Assembly (NCBI GenBank): GCA_963749155.1
Contig: CAVVLO010000001.1
Span: 192,001 to 256,000, forward strand
From: an uncultured Armatimonadia bacterium
GTDB lineage: Bacteria > Armatimonadota > Zipacnadia > CAVVLO01
Length of the DNA: 64,000 nucleotides
Reading direction: 5' to 3'
Part shown: positions 56,671-64,000 of the stretch, one piece after another
How positions within the stretch are numbered: the first letter of the stretch is position 1
Layout: every line of letters starts with the position of its first letter
Position numbers and translations under genes: made by a program
The notes under the pieces: model-generated
Database searches by the model: none
The model's input: the letters and a program-made list of their open reading frames with translations, nothing else
What the model was told of the DNA's origin: nothing

Positions 56671-58650
56671 CTAGCCCAGGAAGTGATACACGGGCAGCGT
56701 CCAGATGACCCCGATGATGTTGAAGATAGCCCCGCTTGTGAAGTCTCCCAGGATAAGCCCCAGGAAGAAGGGGATGGCCTGCCTGTAGAGCTTCAGCCCG
56801 CCGTAGCGGATGATGAGACGCTTGGCGAGCCAGGCGATGAAGAGAGGCATCCAGACTTTGTGCATCCCCCAGGAAGTGGAGATGGCATACCCCACCGGGT
56901 GGAAGGGCCAGCCGACGATGCGAAGCCTCATTACCATCAAGATAATTGTGAAGAACAACCCGAAGACAATTGCGACGCCATCCATCGGCTCAGTTTTGGT
57001 GGGAGCCGACATCCAGGACTGCATCCGCTGCCAGGGCTCGTTACCGAAGATAAGCGGCACCTGATTTACCATCTTGGCGCTCGAAGCCCCTACATTGAAG
57101 TAAGTCTGCAGCAGCGCCCAGACGCCCGAGAAGAAGCCCACGACGAAAGCGGCTGTAAGTAGCCACATCATCGCGCGCTGATGGATTTGGGTGCGTTCGG
57201 CAATCCTGAGGCCTTCCATCTGGATGGGCATCGGGTGGCCTCGGTAGGCGCGGTTGAAGGAGAAATACAGGCTGAAGACTGCCATATTCTCCGGCAGGAC
57301 GTTCTGACTGCCCACCACGCGCACCATCATCGCGCCTGGGTCAGCATCGTGAAGGTCGTGGACAGGAGCGCCCAGCTCCGCCCTCAGGCGGTTTACCGTG
57401 ATGGACACCAGCAGGAATATGACGAAGAACAGGATGGCAATATTGGTGGTCATCCCCGCCAATGTGCTGAACCAGACCATACCGATGAAGCCGAATACCG
57501 TCAGGAGGAAGGCCCAGCGATAGGTCATTGCTTCGCCTGTGTCATCCAGCCAGCTCTTGCGCCCGAGCACCTTGTTGAAAACTTCGACCAGGTGAGACCG
57601 CATCGCCCAGATGGCGAAAAGCGCCAGGCCGATATAACCGCCGAAGGCCTGCTCGCCAATATAAGGGGCGCGAGGGTTGTTCTGGCCAAGCTGCAAGGCC
57701 GCTGCCGCGACGCTCTCGCCCTTCCAGAAAAGGAAGAAGAACCAGCACGAGAAAAGCAGGTCGAGTGGCAGGAGGAAGCCTATGCCAATTGCCCAGGGGT
57801 AGAAAGACACTGGCAGCCAGCCGACCGCTGTCCAGGGCCAGGCGGTGATATAGGTGTTGACGTTATAACTGGCTGTCTGGATGAGCGGCACAGCCGGAAA
57901 CAGCATATGAAGGTTGTCTATTGTGTTGATGATACAGGGGATAGCGAAAGCTATCCACATAAGTCTGCTCTTGAAGAACCTGTTGTCGGGCGCGGTCATC
58001 TCGAGAGGCAGTGCCACAAGGGGGAAGCTGAGCTTCTCGCGCTCGGCCCACTGTTTGCGCGTGATGACGTTCATTGCCATCAGGGTGACGTACATCACCA
58101 TAAAGAAGGCGAACCAGGCGAGGATAGGCTTGGCATACGCCATCAGGTGGCGCATGGTCCACATCTCGGACTGGCCCATATAAAGGTCTTTCAAAGTCGC
58201 CATATCGGTGACGATGAGCCAGTCAGGCAACATATAGAGGAAAAGCGAGTCCCACTTGTTTTCGGCGGTAGCAAAATAGTGGGGATGGGAGATTGTAGAG
58301 ACCAGCACTTCAAGCTGGTCGTGACCGCCGATAGCGGTGGCAGTCTCGATAATCAGGTAGATAGTGAGCAACTCGCGCTGTGTCAGCACCAGCTTGGGTG
58401 CGAAGCGCGAGACGATAGCATTTAGTCCAATAAGGATGAGCAACAGGAAAATGCAGTTGAAAAACAACGAGAAAGTACTGGGGTGCCCGGAGTATTTGGT
58501 AAGCTCCATCTGGACAACCCAGTAAGCGTTGAGAGGTGACAGCAAAAAGCCAATCACGACCGACCTGGCAGTTATGCCATATTTGGCCAGCTTGACGGAC
58601 GAAAAACTGTCCTGTTTCTGTTCTTCGAGCTTTACCGGTGCTTCCGCCAT
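56671..58650 (-). CDS. DUF6785/DUF6784-type polytopic membrane protein (putative transporter)
   Basis: Many TM segments; [49 protein letters not shown]. Confidence 0.75.
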   Translation of the reverse strand: MAEAPVKLEEQKQDSFSSVKLAKYGITARSVVIGFLLSPLNAYWVVQMELTKYSGHPSTFSLFFNCIFLLLILIGLNAIVSRFAPKLVLTQRELLTIYLIIETATAIGGHDQLEVLVSTISHPHYFATAENKWDSLFLYMLPDWLIVTDMATLKDLYMGQSEMWTMRHLMAYAKPILAWFAFFMVMYVTLMAMNVITRKQWAEREKLSFPLVALPLEMTAPDNRFFKSRLMWIAFAIPCIINTIDNLHMLFPAVPLIQTASYNVNTYITAWPWTAVGWLPVSFYPWAIGIGFLLPLDLLFSCWFFFLFWKGESVAAAALQLGQNNPRAPYIGEQAFGGYIGLALFAIWAMRSHLVEVFNKVLGRKSWLDDTGEAMTYRWAFLLTVFGFIGMVWFSTLAGMTTNIAILFFVIFLLVSITVNRLRAELGAPVHDLHDADPGAMMVRVVGSQNVLPENMAVFSLYFSFNRAYRGHPMPIQMEGLRIAERTQIHQRAMMWLLTAAFVVGFFSGVWALLQTYFNVGASSAKMVNQVPLIFGNEPWQRMQSWMSAPTKTEPMDGVAIVFGLFFTIILMVMRLRIVGWPFHPVGYAISTSWGMHKVWMPLFIAWLAKRLIIRYGGLKLYRQAIPFFLGLILGDFTSGAIFNIIGVIWTLPVYHFLG

Positions 58651-58810
58651 CACGCCAATCCTTCGGGGTGGGAGTAGAATCTGCCGACTATATCATAATG
58701 TCCCGCGCCGTAAAAGACCGGCTTGCCTCTTCTTCTGCTCTCCGGGCTGTTGTAGCTCCAAGGCCAATTTGCTATCATCTGGCCACACGTCTGCCAGGGA
58801 GATGAGGCGA

Positions 58811-60280
58811 ATGCAAGAAGACAAAATTGTCGGGACTGGGCTATCCTTCGACGACGTGCTTCTAGTTCCTCGCAAGTCTGATGTATTGCCTAACGAAGTT
58901 GACACCTCCACTCAGCTTACACCCAGGATACGCCTGACCCTTCCACTACTGAGCGCCGCTATGGATACCGTCACCGAAGCCAGCCTGGCAATAGCGCTGG
59001 CGCAGGAAGGCGGCCTGGGGGTCATCCACAAGAATCTCTCTATTGAACAACAAGCCGAGGAAGTCGACCTGGTAAAGCGTTCAGAGAGCGGGATGATTGT
59101 AAATCCCATCACCTTGCGCCCCAACGCCAAAGTGAAGGACGCTCTCGAACTTATGGCGCGATTCAAGATATCGGGCGTGCCAATCACGGACGAAACCGAG
59201 AGGCTTGTGGGTATCCTGACCAACCGCGACCTGCGCTTCGAGACCGACACCGAGAAGCCTGTCTCCGCGCTTATGACAAGTGGAGACCTGGTCACGGTGC
59301 ATGAGGGGATAGACCTGAGCGATGCCAAGCAACTCCTTCACAGGCACCGCATCGAGAAGCTGCTTGTAGTGGATGAAGAGGGCAAACTGCGCGGGCTCAT
59401 CACCGTAAAAGACATAAAGAAAGTTATCGAGTATCCTGGCGCAACGAAAGATGAGCTTGGCCGGCTGCGTTGCGCGGCAGCGGTGGGCACTTCGCCCGAG
59501 ACACGCGACCGAGTGGCCGCGCTAATTGCTTCAGGCGTCGATCTTGTCTGCGTGGACACTGCTCACGGCCATTCTGCCCGGGTTATGGATATGGTCGAAT
59601 GGATCAAGTCCGAGTATTCCGGCGTCGAGATTATGGCAGGCAATGTAGCCGGTGCCGCGGCGGTGCGAGACCTGGCCAAGGTCGGCGCCTCTGTCGTTAA
59701 GGTCGGGATGGGGCCAGGCTCCATCTGCACCACGCGCGTTGTGGCCGGGGCTGGCGTGCCTCAGCTTACCGCAATAATGAACTGCTACGAAGCAGCTGAA
59801 GAGGTAGGGGTAACTCTCGTTGCCGATGGAGGCGTCCGGTATTCGGGCGATGTCTCCAAAGCCCTGGCAGCGGGAGCGCATGCCGTGATGATAGGGAGCC
59901 TCTTCGCAGGTTGTGAAGAATCTCCCGGCGAGACGGTGCTCTATGAGGGCCGGACCTACAAGGAATATCGCGCGATGGGCTCGCTGGCCGCTATGAAGCG
60001 CGGCAGCGCCGATCGCTATGGCCAAAGCTCGGATCAGGCGCTTTCCAAGCTCGTGCCCGAAGGGGTAGAAGGCCGCGTCCCCTACAAAGGGCCTCTGGCC
60101 AACCTGGTCTACCAACTGGTCGGAGGCTTGCGCTCGGGGATGGGTTATTGCGGCGTCAGCAGCCTCGAGGCCTTCCGGAGCGAAGCCCAGTTCATCCAGA
60201 TGACCAGTGCCGGTTATAGAGAAAGCCATCCGCACGATATTGTTATCACGCGCGAAGCCCCCAATTATATCGCCAGGTAG
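58811..60280 (+). CDS. guaB: IMP dehydrogenase
   Basis: [22 protein letters not shown] pair; [25 protein letters not shown]. Confidence 0.97.
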   Translation: MQEDKIVGTGLSFDDVLLVPRKSDVLPNEVDTSTQLTPRIRLTLPLLSAAMDTVTEASLAIALAQEGGLGVIHKNLSIEQQAEEVDLVKRSESGMIVNPITLRPNAKVKDALELMARFKISGVPITDETERLVGILTNRDLRFETDTEKPVSALMTSGDLVTVHEGIDLSDAKQLLHRHRIEKLLVVDEEGKLRGLITVKDIKKVIEYPGATKDELGRLRCAAAVGTSPETRDRVAALIASGVDLVCVDTAHGHSARVMDMVEWIKSEYSGVEIMAGNVAGAAAVRDLAKVGASVVKVGMGPGSICTTRVVAGAGVPQLTAIMNCYEAAEEVGVTLVADGGVRYSGDVSKALAAGAHAVMIGSLFAGCEESPGETVLYEGRTYKEYRAMGSLAAMKRGSADRYGQSSDQALSKLVPEGVEGRVPYKGPLANLVYQLVGGLRSGMGYCGVSSLEAFRSEAQFIQMTSAGYRESHPHDIVITREAPNYIAR

Positions 60281-60290
60281 GGAATAACCT

Positions 60291-61145
60291 ATGAGAGTCT
60301 TGCTGACCGGTGGAAGCGGCAATGTGGGTAGCAACATCCTGCCACTGCTCGGTGCAGAGCACGAGGTCAGGATTTTCGACTGTAAACCTCCTGCGGTAGA
60401 GGGCGTAGAGTATTTCGAAGGGGACTTGCTGGACAGGTCGGCGCTGCTTGCCGCAATGAAAGGTATCGATGCCGTCGTTCACCTGGCGGCCATACCCAAT
60501 CCTAACAACGATCCCGACGACCGGATAATGCTCATAAACCTGCTGGGCAGCGAGTATGTCTTCGGTGCTGCCGCAGAGCAAGGCGTAAAGCGCGTTATAG
60601 CGGCCAGCAGTGATTCGACTTTTGGTTTCGTTTTCGGCAGGCCGCTGTCGGAAGTGGAGTTTCTTCCCCTCAAGGAGACCCATAGCGCCAAGCCTGTGGA
60701 CTCTTATGGAGCAAGCAAGTTGCTGATGGAAGAGCTGGCTGCCCGGTACACGCGCAAAACTGGGATCGAAACTGTAATGCTGCGGTATTGCTGGGTGTTT
60801 ATTCCTCAGACCTATGAAGTTATGGAGGCCATCCAGGCCGATAATACACACGCCCCCAAGACTTTTTTCACTTACATAGATGCCCGGGATGTCGGCCAGG
60901 CGGTGTTGAAATCGCTGGATGTGAAAGCTATACCGGACGGCCATCAGCGCTTTTTGCTGGCGGCCGAGGACAGCTACCGCCCCGAGCCAACTCTCGAACT
61001 GGTCAAGCGTTTCTATCCAGACCTGCCGGCGCTCGAGAAGCCTCAAATCTATCTTGAGAAGCCAAACGCGTCACTCTACGATTGCAGCCTGGCAGAACGT
61101 ATTATCGGATTCAGAGCTCAGCACTCCTGGCGAAATAATTGCTGA
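60291..61145 (+). CDS. NAD-dependent epimerase/dehydratase family protein
   Basis: LLTGGSGNVG; VVHLAA; ASS; YGASK. Confidence 0.88.
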   Translation: MRVLLTGGSGNVGSNILPLLGAEHEVRIFDCKPPAVEGVEYFEGDLLDRSALLAAMKGIDAVVHLAAIPNPNNDPDDRIMLINLLGSEYVFGAAAEQGVKRVIAASSDSTFGFVFGRPLSEVEFLPLKETHSAKPVDSYGASKLLMEELAARYTRKTGIETVMLRYCWVFIPQTYEVMEAIQADNTHAPKTFFTYIDARDVGQAVLKSLDVKAIPDGHQRFLLAAEDSYRPEPTLELVKRFYPDLPALEKPQIYLEKPNASLYDCSLAERIIGFRAQHSWRNNC

Positions 61146-61252
61146 ACTAGTTTTACCGGGCCCTCTGGCGGGAACTTGACTTGAGTTCTTTCTGTATTCC
61201 TTAAGGGCGCCGAAAAGCGCCAGCCTTAACGCCCGGGACGAGGAGAATACTT

Positions 61253-62773
61253 ATGCGCTTTTCTGACCGCACCAGGCGGATGGTCTTAATTGCCATCGCG
61301 CTAGTGCTAATGGTTTCAGTTGTTTTATTCCTGGCGGGATGCAAGGAGCAGGCTGCCGCTCCGCCTGCAGGCAGTGAAGCAACGCCTCCTCCAGGCGTAA
61401 CTGGCCAAACCCCTCCCCCTGTGCCAGAAGGCGGACTGGATCCAATGGCTTCAAAGCCAACCAAAGAAGACGAGGCTTTGATTGCTTCTATCAAGGACAT
61501 CGACCCAGCGCTGGGTCGCGTTACCGAGGAGCAGCAGACCAAGCTGGAGGAGGTTTACAAGCAAGGTGGCCCCGCGACTCACAAAGAAGTTTTAAAGAAA
61601 CTGGGGCAGTTAAAAACTCCTTTGGCGCATAAGTTGATCTTGAAATCCATCGGCGATGAGGCGGCAGATGTCCGGATCGAGGCCTTCAAGGCTAGTGTAG
61701 GCTGGAGGGATCCAGAGATTACTCAGGCCAGACTTCAGGCACTGTCCAGAGCAAGCAATGGTATGGAACTCAGTCGCCTGATCCAGTCAATGGGCAACGA
61801 ATCAACTGATGAGAAAGTATTGCAGTTGATGGTCAAGATACTTGAGGACCCTCGAGCGGTAGACTTGAAGTCTCATGCCCTGGGGCTTATCGAGAGGGCC
61901 CATTATTTGAAGGCGCTGCCAGTTGTACAGAAATATGTGAACGAAGGCACAGGCGTCCTGCCGGAGCTTGCGACCCAGGCCTTGCTTAATCTGCAGGTGC
62001 CGCGTGAGCGAAGCGAGGTGCGTTATACCAGGCTGCTTCAGTTTGCTATTGATCCGGCTCCTACCACAGCAACCCGGGCTCAACTGCAACTGGTTGAAGA
62101 AAAGACCACCTCCGAGCCCTACGTGGCCCAGCAGCTCGTAGCATCGACTAATCCAGCAATCCGGCTTAAGGCCTCCGAAATAATGGCTGTCATAGCCACT
62201 AAGGAATCTCTGCCCAAACTGACGGCAGCCCTTGGCGATCCAGACCCTTTGGTACAAGAGCAAGTGGCCAAAGCGATGTTCCTGGCCAAGCCTGATGCGG
62301 CAGCGGTCAAAGCACTGGGCAAACTGATGAGTTCCAAATTCGATTATGTAAGGTCGGCTTCGGCGCTGGCGCTTTCCCAGTCAGGAGAAACTCTTGCGAT
62401 TCCCTTCCTCGTTCAGGGTTCCAAGGATACGGACGAATGGGTCAGGCGCAATTCAATGGTTGGACTCGCCAAACTCGCCAAAGCAGATCCGGTAGCGTCA
62501 AAACCAGCACTGCTGTCAGCCGCGGGTGATTCGGATGAATACGTTCGGGCTTCGGCAGCCAAGGGACTCGGGACACTGGGCGCCAGCGAGGTAAAGGCCG
62601 ATCTGCTGACGATGCTGAAGGACTCCAACTGGCGCGCGCGCGCAGCCGCGGCTGAAGCGCTTGGTGATATCGGGGCCAAAGATTGCAAGCATGAGTTGCT
62701 TGCCTTGCTCAAGCTGGACGAACCCGAGGTACAACACGCCGCTCGCAAGGCCTTGCGCAAGCTGGTCTTTTAG
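61253..62773 (+). CDS. HEAT-repeat lipoprotein
   Basis: LAGC lipobox; Pro-rich linker; repeated D....VR..AA..LG. Confidence 0.85.
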   Translation: MRFSDRTRRMVLIAIALVLMVSVVLFLAGCKEQAAAPPAGSEATPPPGVTGQTPPPVPEGGLDPMASKPTKEDEALIASIKDIDPALGRVTEEQQTKLEEVYKQGGPATHKEVLKKLGQLKTPLAHKLILKSIGDEAADVRIEAFKASVGWRDPEITQARLQALSRASNGMELSRLIQSMGNESTDEKVLQLMVKILEDPRAVDLKSHALGLIERAHYLKALPVVQKYVNEGTGVLPELATQALLNLQVPRERSEVRYTRLLQFAIDPAPTTATRAQLQLVEEKTTSEPYVAQQLVASTNPAIRLKASEIMAVIATKESLPKLTAALGDPDPLVQEQVAKAMFLAKPDAAAVKALGKLMSSKFDYVRSASALALSQSGETLAIPFLVQGSKDTDEWVRRNSMVGLAKLAKADPVASKPALLSAAGDSDEYVRASAAKGLGTLGASEVKADLLTMLKDSNWRARAAAAEALGDIGAKDCKHELLALLKLDEPEVQHAARKALRKLVF

Positions 62774-63825
62774 GCGCGTTATCCATAAAGCGATAGAAAA
62801 GCCGCCCGAGTCCTGGGCGGCTTTTTTGTTTGCCTGATTTGGCCAACTGGGCTGAGATACCTAGTTCGAGCCTGGCGAGGGCGGCGGCGCCCAATATGCC
62901 TGCATCATCTTCAAGCGCGGCAGCAACGATGCGCGCCTTCTCGATGCAATGGGGCAGGGCATACCGGTGGGCATATTTGCGCGCGCGCTCCAGATAGACT
63001 TTTCCGAAGGCTTCCAGCATCCCGCCCCCGATTACTACTACTTCCGGCCCGATGATATTTATGGCGTTGGCAACAGCAATGCCCAGGTATTTGGAAGAGC
63101 GGTCTATGGCCTTCACCACGGCTTCATCGCCTGCGGCGTAGGCTTTGGCGAGAGCGCGACTTCGGATGCGTTCGCCTTCGGCAAACTGGCTGGCGGCTTT
63201 ACCCAGACTGGGCCGCATCAGACAGATAAGCGTTGATTGCCGTGCGAGAGGAGAAAGCCTCCAGGCACCCCTTGTTGCCGCAACCGCAGCGGGGCCCCTT
63301 GGGGTCAAGCGTGGCATGCCCAAATTCGCCGGCGTTCTTGCTAAAACCGCGGAATATGCGCCCCTCGATAATTATGCCCCCGCCGATGCCAGTGCCCACG
63401 AAGAACCCAACCACTGGATCAGCGCCCTGGGCCGCGCCATACACGTATTCGCCGAAGGTGCCGACATTGACGTCGTTATCTATAAAGACGGGCACACCGA
63501 AGGCGGCCTCGAGCCTGGCCTTTAGGGGAAGGTTCACCCAGCCCGGCAGATTCGGAGGCGCAATTATAATTCCCTCATCAGGATCCAGTGGGCCAGGGCA
63601 ACCCATTCCTATTCCGGCCAGGTCCGTGGGCCCCAGCCCTGCGTCCTGAAGCGCCTGGTTAATAGTAAGGGTCAGGTTTTCCAGCGCGTGTTCTACCCCT
63701 TGTTCGGCTTCAGTGGGATTTTTGGCGCTACCAAGTTTGATGCCTTCGGAGGTTACGACCGCAGCCAGTATCTTGGTGCCGCCCAGATCAACGCCCAGCA
63801 CCGGTTTGGACGAGATGTCACTCAT
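62709..63825 (-). CDS. ROK family sugar kinase, glucokinase-like (frameshift near 63205; true stop probably near 62860)
   Basis: GVDLGGTK; NDVN; GTGIGGG; GEFGH; CGCGNKGCLEA; the second frame has IGGG and AGILGAA. Confidence 0.88.
62797..62827. terminator. Bidirectional intrinsic terminator
   Basis: AAAAGCCGCCC-GAGTCCT-GGGCGGCTTTTTT between convergent genes. Confidence 0.85.
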
Positions 63826-63941
63826 CAGGGCCTCCCGTCGAACATAAAAGTCCTGTTTCTATTGTATCAAGCCTGCCTAATCGGGCAAACCTGCCAGGAA
63901 GGGGCGCTGAAGGGGGCGATGTAGGTTAGAATAGAACCAAG

Positions 63942-64000
63942 ATGACATCGAGGATAAGAGCCAGATTCGATCAGGCTAGCCTGCAACAGCCGGTATTGCT
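63942..64000 (+). CDS. Possible 5' end of a gene running off the window
   Basis: TAGAAT at 63927 followed by ATG; MTSRIRARFDQASLQQPVL is loosely TrpA-like but too short to call. Confidence 0.3.
   Translation, partial: MTSRIRARFDQASLQQPVL

Noticed and set aside
46847..58425. Long opposite-strand ORFs (46847-47752, 47920-49095, 50610-51620, 55621-56628, 57181-58425)
   Set aside because: Each mirrors a well-supported gene on the other strand, as expected in GC-rich DNA.
58529..58810. N-terminal extension of GuaB in the ORF track
   Set aside because: It overlaps the divergent membrane gene; IMPDH similarity begins at ATG 58811.
3700..63210. Programmed ribosomal frameshifting or true pseudogenes at the split genes
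   Set aside because: No shared slippery motif, housekeeping genes are affected, there is no other sign of decay, and the direction is uniform. Sequencing error is the simpler explanation.
1..64000. CRISPR arrays, tRNA/rRNA genes, IS elements, prophage
   Set aside because: No regularly spaced short repeats, cloverleaf-like intergenic segments, transposases, integrases or phage genes were recognised by eye; intergenic gaps are short.

Overview
A gene-dense, GC-rich chromosomal window from a bacterium, probably an uncultured anaerobe; DUF6785-type membrane, UroD/MtaA-family and GHL10 proteins suggest an Armatimonadota-like lineage, which is a tentative inference. From left to right it holds: (1) a 24-kb minus-strand run of queC, queD, PBP1A, a galE-like gene, purB, secreted glycoside-hydrolase-like and Ig-repeat proteins, acpS, three DUF4870 paralogs, an L,D-transpeptidase, two degenerate AsnB-like genes and an orphan DNA methylase; (2) a chemotaxis operon cheW-A-D-B-R-Y-X with two sigma28-type promoters, no recognisable receptor, and a GrpE-like protein as first gene; (3) rpmH-rnpA-yidD-yidC-jag, detached from dnaA; (4) a Gfo/UroD-family/GHMP-kinase cluster; (5) three tandem secreted serpin-like genes whose predicted reactive-centre loops have constant length but divergent sequence, each followed by a near-identical DNA repeat; (6) lysA-cca-trpS-scpA-scpB, a dinG-yihY-pfkB operon, guaB, a HEAT-repeat lipoprotein and a ROK kinase. 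At least ten apparent +1 frameshifts, including in purB and cca, look like sequencing errors. I saw no tRNA, rRNA, CRISPR array or transposase. The best novelty candidates are the serpin-like array (41053-44990) and the GrpE-like head gene of the che operon (24135-25274). All family calls come from motif recognition by eye; no searches were run.
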